The position numbers were made by a program, and so were the translations under genes. A stretch of DNA of 64,000 bases from an uncultured Eubacteriales bacterium (GTDB lineage Bacteria; Acidobacteriota; Aminicenantia; Aminicenantales; Aminicenantaceae). Below, in pieces: positions 27,711-37,888 of this stretch; positions within the stretch are counted from its first letter, which is position 1; each line of letters starts with the position of its first letter. Below the pieces are notes generated by a model that saw nothing but the letters and a program-made list of their open reading frames with translations, was not told the origin of the DNA and did no database searches. Where the stretch lies: NCBI GenBank assembly GCA_964429695.1, contig CAYSCS010000079.1, forward strand, positions 1,121 through 65,120, read 5' to 3'.

Positions 27711-28916
27711 ATGAATGTCTTACAATTTACAAGCTCATATCCAAGGTTTGCCGGAGATTTATCAGGGATTTTTGTTCATGAACTGAGCTTGAGGTTGTCC
27801 AGGTTTGCTAAGATAAGCATTCTCTGTCCTGATAGCTTTGAAACAAAAACATTTGAAATAATTGAGAGAATTAAAATATATAGATTCCGGTATTTTATAA
27901 AAAAATATCAAAAACTTTTCCATAGAAAATCTGTTTCTGAAAGTCTAAGAGAGAATAAATTTTTCTATTTTTTTATACCCTTAGTGCTCATCGCAGAAAT
28001 AATTTCTTTGCATAAGACAGTTTTAAAAGAAAAAATAGATATAGTCCATGCTCACTGGATTTTTCCTCAAGGTTTTATTGCCGTATTAGTGAAATGCCTC
28101 TTCAGGCTGAAATATAGAGTAATAATATCTTCTCATGGAAGTGATGTTTATGGGCTAAAGTTCAATCTCCTAAAAAGACTGGCTCGCTGGAGTTTAAGTA
28201 GAGCTGACTATGTGTGCGCTGTAAGTTCATCCCTGGAAAAAGAGATTAGACTTAAAATATCTCCTCACAAGCCTGTCTCTATTTTGCCTATGGGAGTTGA
28301 TTCAGAAAGATTCTCTAAACTTAATGAAAGAATTAGGGGCGAGGACGAAGAAGCTAATCCCTTTATTCTCTATGTGGGGAGATTGACAAAGGAAAAAGGG
28401 GTGGAATATTTAATCAGAGCAATGCCCGGTATCCTTAAAATAAAAAATAATATAAAATTATACATAATAGGGTTTGGAGATGAAGAAAAGAGGTTAAGGG
28501 CGCTCGCTTCTGATTTAGGTTTGGGAAAAGTAGTGATCTTTTTGGGTAAGCTTCCAAATGAGAGGCTGAGGGAGTATTATAGCACGGCTCAAATGTTAAT
28601 TTTCCCCTCACTTTCTGAAGGATTGGGCCTTGTTCTAGTGGAAGCACTCCTCTGCGGTTGTCCTGTCATTGCCACAAAAGTTGGAGGGATTAAAGACGTG
28701 ATCATCGACGAAAGGACAGGATTGTTAGTTGAACCTGAAAGCCCGCTTCAAATAGTGAAGGCAGCTTCTAGATTGCTAAAGGATAGGGAACTAAGACAGA
28801 AGTTGATAGAGAATGGTCTCTTTCATGCAAAAGAGAATTTTTCTTGGCAGAGCATTGGAAATAAGTTCATGGCTCTTTATTCTAAGGTTTTATTAGATGA
28901 AAAGAAAACATATTGA
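27711..28916 (+). CDS. Glycosyltransferase family 4
   Basis: HAHWIFPQG, HGSDV, VGRLTKEKG, EGLGLVLVEA (EX7E). Confidence 0.92.
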   Translation: MNVLQFTSSYPRFAGDLSGIFVHELSLRLSRFAKISILCPDSFETKTFEIIERIKIYRFRYFIKKYQKLFHRKSVSESLRENKFFYFFIPLVLIAEIISLHKTVLKEKIDIVHAHWIFPQGFIAVLVKCLFRLKYRVIISSHGSDVYGLKFNLLKRLARWSLSRADYVCAVSSSLEKEIRLKISPHKPVSILPMGVDSERFSKLNERIRGEDEEANPFILYVGRLTKEKGVEYLIRAMPGILKIKNNIKLYIIGFGDEEKRLRALASDLGLGKVVIFLGKLPNERLREYYSTAQMLIFPSLSEGLGLVLVEALLCGCPVIATKVGGIKDVIIDERTGLLVEPESPLQIVKAASRLLKDRELRQKLIENGLFHAKENFSWQSIGNKFMALYSKVLLDEKKTY

Positions 28917-29784
28917 TTTTTTCATTTACATTTCTTTAATTTTTTTAATCTATGCTTTAATCAAAAATAGATACCTTTCTCTTCCCTCAATAAAAAATTG
29001 GCCAGCGTTATGTCTTTCAGTTTTGTTTCTTTTAGGCTTTTACCTCTCATCTTCTTTTAACTGGCAGATGATGCTCCGAAAACATGAAATATTTATCAGC
29101 CCGACGACGAGTCTATCTTCCTTTGGTTTATCAGTTTTCGGGAAATACATTCCCGGAAAAATATGGACAGTCATGGGCCAGGCGGTATATGTTTCAGAAG
29201 GAACTCATGTCCCCCTCAAAGACCTTTCTGCTATTTCCCTTGAGAACCTGTTATTTCACATCTGGACAGGATTAATTTTTGGAGGAGTAGGAGTATTCAT
29301 AGTTGGGGGAATGAGACTCTGGGGCTGGATTATTCTTCTCTTTCTATTTATTCTTACTCTTGTGCTCTGGAGTTCTGTATTTCATATTTTTCTTGAGAAA
29401 ACAATTAGACTTATTCAAAGAAGGGAGATAAAGATACCACGTCTTGAGTCTCGCTTAAAGATGAGCTTAATACCATGGTTTTCTCTCAACATGCTTCTTC
29501 TAACTTTGGCTTTCTATCTCTTTTCAGTAGCTATCTGTTCGGGTAGAATATCTCTGCCTGTGGGATTGGGGTTTCCCCTTGCTGGGACTTTGGGGCTTAT
29601 GGCGTTTTTTGCTCCTGGTGGACTTGGAATAAGAGAAGGAATCTTGATTGGTTATTTAAAGCTTGCTGGGATCTCAACCCAAGAAGCGGTAACAATATCA
29701 GTTTCTTCCCGTCTCTGGGTGTTGATGGGAGAAAGCCTCATTTTTATCCTGGGCTATTACTTGGATAAGAGGAGAAGAGGATAA
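28897..29784 (+). CDS. Lysylphosphatidylglycerol synthase TM / UPF0104 flippase-like membrane protein
   Basis: GKYIPGKIW, APGGLGIREG, SRLW motifs; multiple TM segments. Confidence 0.8.
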   Translation: MKRKHIDFFIYISLIFLIYALIKNRYLSLPSIKNWPALCLSVLFLLGFYLSSSFNWQMMLRKHEIFISPTTSLSSFGLSVFGKYIPGKIWTVMGQAVYVSEGTHVPLKDLSAISLENLLFHIWTGLIFGGVGVFIVGGMRLWGWIILLFLFILTLVLWSSVFHIFLEKTIRLIQRREIKIPRLESRLKMSLIPWFSLNMLLLTLAFYLFSVAICSGRISLPVGLGFPLAGTLGLMAFFAPGGLGIREGILIGYLKLAGISTQEAVTISVSSRLWVLMGESLIFILGYYLDKRRRG

Positions 29785-29794
29785 TTAGATTAAA

Positions 29795-31699
29795 ATGGTC
29801 TCTTTTCTCATGAAGCATTCTTTGTTCAAAAAAAACACACATTCCCTAATCATTTTCGCTTTAACTCTCATTTGTTTAATGTTTGTAATTTTAAGCCTTA
29901 AAGGATATCTTTTTGACAATTATTCAATTTTAGATGACCAAAGGAATATTCTTATCTCTTTAAAGAAGTACGAATGCCATGCTTATGATAAGGTGTTTTA
30001 CAGTTCGCCTTTCTATTTTCTCTTGTTTATGGGTTTAAGCAGAATTTTTACAAAGGCCATTATAATCAAATTCTTATTTCTTGTTACTATCCCCATTTTT
30101 ATAATTTTTTCTTACAACTTGAGTAGAATTTGTTTGGGAATAAAAACCAAGCCTTTGATTCATTTTTTTAATGTCTTAATCCTATTCTCTATTTATAGAG
30201 AACTTCTTCTCTCAGGTTATCAGAAATCACTGGCTTTTGCCGTCTTTTTTGGATTTCTTTATTTCGCAAAGAAGAATATGAAAGCGTTTACTATTTTTAC
30301 CCTTATAGTTATAGCTTTTATCTATCCTCCACTTTACCTTTTAGGACTTACATATGTAATTTTGGATAATTTTTTTATTTTCATAAGAATATTGAAAGAA
30401 GGCTTAAGAAGAGAATCAGTTAGAAATTATTTAAAGCGAAGCTTACATGGGTTGCTTCCCTATGTTCTCATCTTTTCTGTAGCCTATACAAGCTATTATT
30501 TCCTTACCCCAAGAATTTTTAAAGTCACTGATCGCATAGATTTAGAGACCGAAAGTGAATGGAAAATAGAACCTGAAATCGGGAAGGAGATATTGAACAC
30601 AAGAAGCGATTTTATCATTTCCTCAAAGAAGCATTTAGGGCTAGTGCCGAAACATTTAACTGATGACATAAGAATAGGAATATTTGGTCTCATCGGAGGT
30701 GCAAAACTTTGGTTTATTCTTCTTACCTTCCTGGGGCTGATTATTTTTTTTAAAAAGGAAAAATCGATAATCCCTAAATTTGTCCTGAATCTATTGGTGA
30801 CCAGTGTGCTTTTATATACACTTGCTTTCATTTTCTATGACAAATTGTATTTTCCCAATAGATATACCATTTATACTATTCCTATAAGTATAATATTTTT
30901 AATCTCCGTAAATCTTCTTCCGGTAATTGATGCCTTGATTGAAAAGGTTCTCCATCTGGAGAAGAAAAAGAGAAGATTGATGTATTTCTTCTTCACTTCA
31001 TCTGCCTTCATTTTTTTCTGCATTTACTTCGAGAAAAGGAAGGCTCCCTTAAAGTATCCCTTGTTTATGAATACTCTATTTTCCTTGCTTCTGATTTCTT
31101 CTTTACTTTCTATTTTTTCTTTGGTGATTTTATCTAAGAAAAGAAAAATAAACTTGAAAAAGATTAACAATTTTTTCACTTCTTATATTTTAATTGCAAT
31201 ATTAATGCTTTCTTTTTCTTCCAATACCATGTCTAAGCCTCTTAAAATTGAAGAGAGAGGACTCATTTCTTTCTTAGAGAGACTAAGAAGCAATGTTTCT
31301 ATCTGTGGATACCCAGAAATCATGGATACTCTTCAAGCTCTAACCAAGACTCAGATAAGAGTTAACTTGGGACAGGGGAGAAGTCACCGTGATGCTTACG
31401 AATTTTATCATTTTCTCAAGGTCTATTATTCCCCAGACCTTAGGGAAGTTAGGGAATACATGATTGAGAAAGGTTTCGATTATTTTATAATCCAGAAGAA
31501 TTATTTTCATCCGGGATTAACTGAATCTAATAATATCTTCAGTTTTTATCCCTTTTTAAGAAGCTTTGAGGAAAAATTAAAAAATGTGAATAAAAAGAAG
31601 TTTGTTCTCTTGAAGCCACCTCGAGATATAGTTGAAATCGAAACAGAAATGAACATCGTAATTTCGCTTGAGAAATTAAAGAAGGCGAATATTACTTAA
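29795..31699 (+). CDS. Polytopic membrane protein, possible GT-C glycosyltransferase
   Basis: About 12 hydrophobic segments, early loop DD (ILDDQR), LYFPNRY motif, soluble C-terminal domain ending GFDYFII. Confidence 0.45.
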   Translation: MVSFLMKHSLFKKNTHSLIIFALTLICLMFVILSLKGYLFDNYSILDDQRNILISLKKYECHAYDKVFYSSPFYFLLFMGLSRIFTKAIIIKFLFLVTIPIFIIFSYNLSRICLGIKTKPLIHFFNVLILFSIYRELLLSGYQKSLAFAVFFGFLYFAKKNMKAFTIFTLIVIAFIYPPLYLLGLTYVILDNFFIFIRILKEGLRRESVRNYLKRSLHGLLPYVLIFSVAYTSYYFLTPRIFKVTDRIDLETESEWKIEPEIGKEILNTRSDFIISSKKHLGLVPKHLTDDIRIGIFGLIGGAKLWFILLTFLGLIIFFKKEKSIIPKFVLNLLVTSVLLYTLAFIFYDKLYFPNRYTIYTIPISIIFLISVNLLPVIDALIEKVLHLEKKKRRLMYFFFTSSAFIFFCIYFEKRKAPLKYPLFMNTLFSLLLISSLLSIFSLVILSKKRKINLKKINNFFTSYILIAILMLSFSSNTMSKPLKIEERGLISFLERLRSNVSICGYPEIMDTLQALTKTQIRVNLGQGRSHRDAYEFYHFLKVYYSPDLREVREYMIEKGFDYFIIQKNYFHPGLTESNNIFSFYPFLRSFEEKLKNVNKKKFVLLKPPRDIVEIETEMNIVISLEKLKKANIT

Positions 31700-31718
31700 G
31701 AATGGAGATGAAAATAAT

Positions 31719-32462
31719 TTGAAAAACATTGATTTTAAATTGAGGATTTTCTGTAAAAATAGAGGTTTATGCAGGGAAGCAGCGAGGAGACTGATGGGGA
31801 CAATCACTTCTTTCTTAACAAAAGAACCTCTTGCGGCTCTCACTTTTGATGATGGTCCAAATGAGAAATTCACTCGCCCTCTCCTGAAGATATTAGAAAA
31901 GCATAAAGCTCGAGCTACTTTTTTCATGGTAGGAGAAGAAGCTCAGAAAAACCCGAAACTTGTAAGAGAAGTCGCTAATGAAGGACATGCAATAGCCAAC
32001 CATTCATACTCTCATCCTTCCTTTTTGAGGATAAAAGGGCAGGAAAGAAGACGAGAGATTAAAAAATGTCAAAAAGTTTTATCTCCTTTCGGAGTAAAGC
32101 TCTTTCGTCCGCCACATGGGCACCAGAATATTGCTTCAAGACTTGACGCTTTATTACTTGGGTATAGGGTAGTAGCCTGGAGTCTAGATGTTGAAGACTG
32201 GGCTTCTCAAGATGTGGAGGAGATGGTTGAGTGTCTTAGAAGTGAAATTAAACCCGGAAGCATTGTTCTTCTTCATGACTCTCTCTACATTTATAAAGAA
32301 GCGAAGTTAGTAGATAGAAACGCTGTTTTGGAGGCAGTAAGCAAGTTATTTGAGTCATCAGGCTCTGAGCTTTATTTCGTAACCATTCCTGATTTACTCA
32401 AGAAAGGTATTCCAGTGAAGGAAAACTGGTATAGAGGGGAGTATAAACTGCATTCTGGATGA
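31719..32462 (+). CDS. Polysaccharide deacetylase (NodB/CE4)
   Basis: TFDDGP, ATFFMVG, NHSYSHP, FRPPHG, DW, IVLLHD. Start uncertain. Confidence 0.9.
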   Translation: MKNIDFKLRIFCKNRGLCREAARRLMGTITSFLTKEPLAALTFDDGPNEKFTRPLLKILEKHKARATFFMVGEEAQKNPKLVREVANEGHAIANHSYSHPSFLRIKGQERRREIKKCQKVLSPFGVKLFRPPHGHQNIASRLDALLLGYRVVAWSLDVEDWASQDVEEMVECLRSEIKPGSIVLLHDSLYIYKEAKLVDRNAVLEAVSKLFESSGSELYFVTIPDLLKKGIPVKENWYRGEYKLHSG

Positions 32463-32465
32463 TGA

Positions 32466-34004
32466 ATGAACATAGGAAATAAAAATATGGAGAACAAAAA
32501 GGCACGAATCAGCTTGCGTTTAGCGGTGAGGGAGAATAGCCTTTTCATGTTGGCTCAGAAGTTCATCACACCTTTCCTTAATTTGTTCATCACTATTTAC
32601 ATCATAAGAAAAGTTTCAGTCGAACATTATGGTATCTATGGAATACTCATTACTTTGATGGATTATTTAATTTTACTCTCTGCATTTGGTCTTCCCAGCA
32701 TCTATCAGAGGTTTTTTCCAGAATTCTTAAGCAATCGCCAGGAAGAGAAAGTATCCATTCTGGTGAAGAAGGGATTGAGGTTGAGTTTTATTTCTTCTCT
32801 TATTTTGACTTTCACTGTTTTCGTTTTTTCCCAGGAGATAGGTGCACTTCTTAAAATTTCAAATTTTAAGAATTACTTCATCATTTGGTTTCTGAGTATC
32901 ATTTTTTATCTTCAAGCTAGACTTTTTGGAACTGTTCTCACCTCACTCTTCTTACATAGGTATTTCGTGTTTTCTGAAATAATTTATGCGTTATTTAGAT
33001 GTCTTGTAATCTTTTGGCTCTTGAAGACAAAGCTGGGCTTGAAAGGTCTTTTGATAGGTGAAGTCGTTTCCTATGCTTTGCTTTTTATGCTTCAATCGAC
33101 TTTTTTTTACCAGAAGTTTGCAAGACACTATCCCTCAGCAGTAAATGAGGAATATGAGAAGAAGCGAATCGCGAGATATGGAGGATTCAGTTATTTAAAC
33201 GAGATGGGGGCAAAAATACTCGATGTTTCTACAGACCTTTTCATAATTTCAGCTTTCTTAGGACCTTTTGCTGCAGGCCTTTATGCTTTTGCGAACAGGG
33301 CTATGGAACTTTTTTCCAAAGCAATGCCAGATAATCTTTTTATGGAGGTTATCAGACCTGCATTCTTCACAAAATATGCGCGAAACTCTGATAAGGAAGA
33401 GATAGAAAGGGTGTTTAATACCTTAACCAAATTCATTGCCTTCTTTTTCTTCCCCCTTGTGGCCGGAATCTTTGTTTTGGGCGATAAGCTCATCATTTAT
33501 GTTTTTGACTCGAAGTATCTTCCATCCCTTAGTGTGCTTTGGATTGTTGCTTCCTTTACAGCCCTAAACTCCTTTCAGTTTCCTCTAGGTCTGATGGTGC
33601 AAGCTGTAGAAAGAGTAGAAGTAAATCTTTATAGCAAGATATTCTCTATTTATAACTTAATAGCCGACCTTCTCGTGGTCAAGAATTTCGGAATCAAAGG
33701 GGTAGCCTTCGTTACAGGAACTGCAATTCTCTTTAAAAATCTTTTTATTTATCTATATGCGCAGAAATATGTTTCATTCTCGTTAGATTTTAAATCAATT
33801 TCGAAGATTCTGCTGAATTCTGGGATGATGTCCATTCCACTTTATTTTATGAGAAGTTTGATTTCTAATATTTTTTCTTTGGGATTTGTAGTTTTGATAG
33901 GAGGGCTTATATATTTTTTCATTTCTTTCTTGAATAAGAGCTTTTCGCTTAGAGAAAGAAAAATAATAAATCAAATTTTACCCAAAGCTGTTTTTGTGTT
34001 TTAA
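32466..34004 (+). CDS. wzx: Wzx-type oligosaccharide flippase
   Basis: About 14 TM segments; E.YGIY, D.FIISAFLG..AAGLYAFA, FGIKGVA motifs of MOP-family flippases. Confidence 0.85.
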   Translation: MNIGNKNMENKKARISLRLAVRENSLFMLAQKFITPFLNLFITIYIIRKVSVEHYGIYGILITLMDYLILLSAFGLPSIYQRFFPEFLSNRQEEKVSILVKKGLRLSFISSLILTFTVFVFSQEIGALLKISNFKNYFIIWFLSIIFYLQARLFGTVLTSLFLHRYFVFSEIIYALFRCLVIFWLLKTKLGLKGLLIGEVVSYALLFMLQSTFFYQKFARHYPSAVNEEYEKKRIARYGGFSYLNEMGAKILDVSTDLFIISAFLGPFAAGLYAFANRAMELFSKAMPDNLFMEVIRPAFFTKYARNSDKEEIERVFNTLTKFIAFFFFPLVAGIFVLGDKLIIYVFDSKYLPSLSVLWIVASFTALNSFQFPLGLMVQAVERVEVNLYSKIFSIYNLIADLLVVKNFGIKGVAFVTGTAILFKNLFIYLYAQKYVSFSLDFKSISKILLNSGMMSIPLYFMRSLISNIFSLGFVVLIGGLIYFFISFLNKSFSLRERKIINQILPKAVFVF

Positions 34005-34005
34005 G

Positions 34006-34548
34006 ATGAAGCTCCTTTTAGACATTGGCTGTGGAGGCGCTAAGCACTTAAGAACTGGATACAGGACTATCGCCGTGGATAATTTCTTTAGTTCTCAGGC
34101 TGATGTAATTGTGAATCTGGAAGAGGCAGGATTGCCTTTTAAGGACAATTGTTTCGATATTATAAATTTGAGTCATGTTCTCGAGCATCTTTTTAATCCC
34201 ATAAAACTGCTTGGTGATGCAAGGAGAACAGCAAAAAACGGTTCGATCTTAACCATCAGGGTTCCCCATCATTCAAACTTTAGGGCTTTTGATATTTTCC
34301 ATAAGAACCTCTGGAATTATTTTTCTTTTGATTCTCTTTGTGCTTTTGCGGGAAGAGACGCCCAGGAAAGAAAGTGGTTTAAAATCAAAAAACGACGGAT
34401 TATGCTTCAACTTTCGAGAGGGAAATTTAAGTCTCTCGGGATTTTCTTGGAGAAGATTATAAATCATTTTCCTTATAAATATGAGAGTTATTTAAAACAT
34501 ATTTTTCCCGCCTATGAAATATTTTTTGAGTTAGAAGTTGAAAAATGA
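34006..34548 (+). CDS. Class I SAM-dependent methyltransferase
   Basis: LDIGCG, LPFKDNCFD, SHVLEHL, IRVPH. Confidence 0.85.
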   Translation: MKLLLDIGCGGAKHLRTGYRTIAVDNFFSSQADVIVNLEEAGLPFKDNCFDIINLSHVLEHLFNPIKLLGDARRTAKNGSILTIRVPHHSNFRAFDIFHKNLWNYFSFDSLCAFAGRDAQERKWFKIKKRRIMLQLSRGKFKSLGIFLEKIINHFPYKYESYLKHIFPAYEIFFELEVEK

Positions 34549-35468
34549 GTATTCCCTGTAAAGTAAGTGTCATAATTCCTACCTTTAATCGGGCTAAGCT
34601 CTTGATTGAGGCCATTGAAAGTGTTTTAGCCCAAAAATATAGAAATTATGAAATTATTGTCGTTGACGATGGTTCGACTGATGAGACCAGAGAGGTTTTA
34701 ATTCCATATCTTGCAGAGCAAAGGATTCGCTATATATTTCAAAAAAATAAGAAACAGGCTTCAGCAAGAAATACAGGCATAAGAAATTCGAAAGGAGAAT
34801 ATATTGCTTTCCTCGATTCTGATGACCTTTGGTTATCTGATAAGCTTGAATTGCAAGTTCATGCTCTAGAAGAAAACCCAGAAGCAGGGATGGTTTATTG
34901 TAATCAATATCTCATAGAATTAGAGGCAGATAAGGAGGAAAGAATAAAGTACCAGAAAGGGATGTTGAAGTCCGGATGGATATTTAAGGATCTTCTTCTC
35001 CGAAAATTTTATTGCAGCACTCCCACCCTCCTTATCCGCAGAGCTGTTTTAGATAAGGTTGGTCTATTCGATGAATCTCTTGAGGATGCGCTCGAGGATT
35101 GGGAGTTTACCTTGAGGATTTCTAGAGATTACCAAGTAATCGCCATAGATGAGCCTCTGATTAAAAGAAGAATCCAGCCTCCATCTGCAGAGGTGTATCA
35201 TGAAAAGAGAATCACTAACCATAGAAGAATTCTTGAAAGATACTTAAAAAATTCTCAGCTTCCAAAATATTTCAAGAACCTTGTTTGGTCGAAGAGTATT
35301 TTTTCGTGGGGAAAAATTTATTTAGAGAAAGGTCAAATAAGAAAAGCACTGGCCTGCTTTTTAAAGGCTGCAGGGAAAGGACATCTGGGAGCTGCTTTAT
35401 TTATTCTTCTTTGTTTTTTGAGGCCGGTTTATTTTATGTTTGCTCAAAAAAAGAAAATCATAAGATAA
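34545..35468 (+). CDS. Glycosyltransferase family 2
   Basis: VSVIIPTFNR, VVDDGSTD, ARNTGI, FLDSDD, EDWEF. Confidence 0.93.
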   Translation: MSIPCKVSVIIPTFNRAKLLIEAIESVLAQKYRNYEIIVVDDGSTDETREVLIPYLAEQRIRYIFQKNKKQASARNTGIRNSKGEYIAFLDSDDLWLSDKLELQVHALEENPEAGMVYCNQYLIELEADKEERIKYQKGMLKSGWIFKDLLLRKFYCSTPTLLIRRAVLDKVGLFDESLEDALEDWEFTLRISRDYQVIAIDEPLIKRRIQPPSAEVYHEKRITNHRRILERYLKNSQLPKYFKNLVWSKSIFSWGKIYLEKGQIRKALACFLKAAGKGHLGAALFILLCFLRPVYFMFAQKKKIIR

Positions 35469-35480
35469 GAATATTCTAAG

Positions 35481-36662
35481 ATGAGAATATTAATTGTCGC
35501 AAGCACCCATCCTCAGGATGAAGTGGGTGGAGCAGAACTTCAGGCATATCTAATCGCTAAGGGTCTGAGGGAGCTTAAACAGGAGGTAACTTTTTGTGCT
35601 GTTCGCTCTCAATTTGCAAGAGAAATAGTTGACGAAGATGGACTCAGGTATCTGAGCCTTCCTGGACGGATGATAAGCGTCAAAAAATGCATAAGATTCT
35701 TTCGTCTTCTAAAAAAAACAAATCCAGATGTTGTTTATGTGCGTTGCATATATTCTTTATGGTGGATAAATCTTTTATGTAAAATATTAAAGATTCCAAC
35801 AATCTTTCCCTTTTATAGCGATATGCATTGTCAATATCTGAAGTGGCGACATTATTCTGAATGGAATAAGGAGAAGCATTGGTATAAGTATTTGAAAAAA
35901 ATGTTGTTCCAGAACTTTTATGTTTTTAGCTGTCGCTTCGCTGATGCAATACTCTGTCAGACGAAAGCTCAACAGAGACTATTGAAAAAGAACTTCGGGA
36001 TTAAAGCGAGGTTAATCAGGAGTGGGCATCCCGTTCTTGAATATATCCCCTTGAAACCAAAAGAGAAGTTTAACATAGTTTGGATTGGAAAACACTGGAA
36101 AAATCCAGAGGTGTTTTTAGCAATAGTACAGAAATTAAGGGCAATCCCTGACTTTTCCTTTACTATGATTGGAAGCTTCCCTGTTGGTAAGCAAAAAGAG
36201 CTAAAAAAATTGGAAGAGAAAATTCCCAATTTTATTTTTGTAGGAGTTTTGCCTTACCAGGAAGTTAATAAAATTCTCGAAAAAAGTCATGTTCTCATAA
36301 ATACAAGTGATTATGAAGGTTTTTCAAATACTTTTATCCAGGCCTGGATGAGAGGAGTGCCTGTCATCAGCCTCAAAGTAAATCCAGATGGCATTTTGAA
36401 TGAGAAAAGAATAGGTTTTCATTCACAGTCCCCGGAACAATTAGAGAGAGATCTTTTGAATCTGTATCAGGATGAGAAAATGTATAGGGAGTATTCGCAG
36501 AATTGTTATCAATACGCGCGAAACGAACATAATCTAAGGGAAGTTTCTCTTGAAATTTTAGGATTATGCAAGTTTTTGATAGGGATCAAAAAAGGAAAAA
36601 GTCAGGGAAAGAAATTTGAAAATGAATTGAGATTAGGAGATGGGAGAGGGGTAATGAAATGA
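35481..36662 (+). CDS. Glycosyltransferase family 4
   Basis: GGAELQ, NTSDYEGFSNTFIQAW.RGVPV. Confidence 0.87.
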   Translation: MRILIVASTHPQDEVGGAELQAYLIAKGLRELKQEVTFCAVRSQFAREIVDEDGLRYLSLPGRMISVKKCIRFFRLLKKTNPDVVYVRCIYSLWWINLLCKILKIPTIFPFYSDMHCQYLKWRHYSEWNKEKHWYKYLKKMLFQNFYVFSCRFADAILCQTKAQQRLLKKNFGIKARLIRSGHPVLEYIPLKPKEKFNIVWIGKHWKNPEVFLAIVQKLRAIPDFSFTMIGSFPVGKQKELKKLEEKIPNFIFVGVLPYQEVNKILEKSHVLINTSDYEGFSNTFIQAWMRGVPVISLKVNPDGILNEKRIGFHSQSPEQLERDLLNLYQDEKMYREYSQNCYQYARNEHNLREVSLEILGLCKFLIGIKKGKSQGKKFENELRLGDGRGVMK

Positions 36663-36731
36663 AAAATTATTTTTCTGAATTAATTAAGGGAAACAAAATT
36701 GGTAGAGTGCAGGGTTGAAATTTAAAGGTTA

Positions 36732-37886
36732 ATGAAGATGAACATTCTCCAGGTCATGGGATGTACCTCTGATCAGTATTCCTCAATGGAAATATATCTT
36801 GTGAAAAAAGCAGCAATTTTGAAAAGAAGAGGGCACTCTTTTTATGTAGTTTATGAGAATATCCCGAAAAGAAGAGAATTTAGAGATGATTTTAAGAAAA
36901 ATGGTGGAGAGGTATTTTCACTTAAGCTGAATGGGATTTTTAGCGTTAATTTTTTTAAAGGAATTTCAAAAATAATAAGAGAAAGAAAGATCGATCTCAT
37001 TCACACCTACTTTACTCCTACTTGTCATTTTTTAAATTTTTATCTGAGGGTGATTGGGTTTAAATGTGTGGTGAGGACAGCTGCTAACTTACCCCTTCTT
37101 AAAAGAAGTAAAAAAAAGAGGAATGCGTATCTTAGAACTTGGCTTTCTATAAGGCACAGGTTCCTTTCTTCCTTAGTAAGGAAGATAATTTGTAGGTCTG
37201 AGGGAGTGAAAGATGAGTACACAAAATTGGGAGTTTCTTCTCAGAAGCTTGTTGTTATCCCAGGGGGGGTTGAGATAGAAAAGTTCATATTCTCAAAGGC
37301 GGCAAGAGATGCGAAGAGAAGAGAATATGGTTTAGATGATGATGTTTTGGCTTTGGGGGCTTCATCTCGTCTTGTGCCTGTAAAGAGAATTGATTTCTTA
37401 ATCAAGGTATTCAAGGGGTTAAGACAAAAATATGAAGATATCAGGTTATTAATTGCAGGCGATGGGCCTCAATGCAAATGTCTGGTTCAACTCACAGAGG
37501 ACCTTGGTTTGGGTGATTCTGTAATTTTTTTGGGGCATCAAAATGAAATTTCGGATTTCTACTCTGCCCTTGATATATTCTGCCTCCCTTCTTTAGCTGA
37601 GGGCATGAGTAATTCTCTTTTAGAGGCAATGTCAACTCGTCTTCCAGTTATAGCCAGTGACATTCCCTCCAATCGCGAAGTTGTTGATGAGGGAAAAGGA
37701 GGCCATCTTATTTCTTTTAAGGAAGAGAGTGAATTCGAAAGGGCGGTTAAAAATCTAAGGGATAGAGAGACGAGGAAAAAGATGGGAGAATACAACAGGG
37801 AGAAGGTTGTCAAAAGATTCACTCTGGATTCTCGAATCCACAAAGAATTAGAAGTTTATGAAGAAGTTTTTGAAAGGTCTCGATGA
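36732..37886 (+). CDS. Glycosyltransferase family 4
   Basis: SRLVPVKRID, AGDGP, EGMSNSLLEAMS. Confidence 0.9.
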   Translation: MKMNILQVMGCTSDQYSSMEIYLVKKAAILKRRGHSFYVVYENIPKRREFRDDFKKNGGEVFSLKLNGIFSVNFFKGISKIIRERKIDLIHTYFTPTCHFLNFYLRVIGFKCVVRTAANLPLLKRSKKKRNAYLRTWLSIRHRFLSSLVRKIICRSEGVKDEYTKLGVSSQKLVVIPGGVEIEKFIFSKAARDAKRREYGLDDDVLALGASSRLVPVKRIDFLIKVFKGLRQKYEDIRLLIAGDGPQCKCLVQLTEDLGLGDSVIFLGHQNEISDFYSALDIFCLPSLAEGMSNSLLEAMSTRLPVIASDIPSNREVVDEGKGGHLISFKEESEFERAVKNLRDRETRKKMGEYNREKVVKRFTLDSRIHKELEVYEEVFERSR

Positions 37887-37888
37887 AG

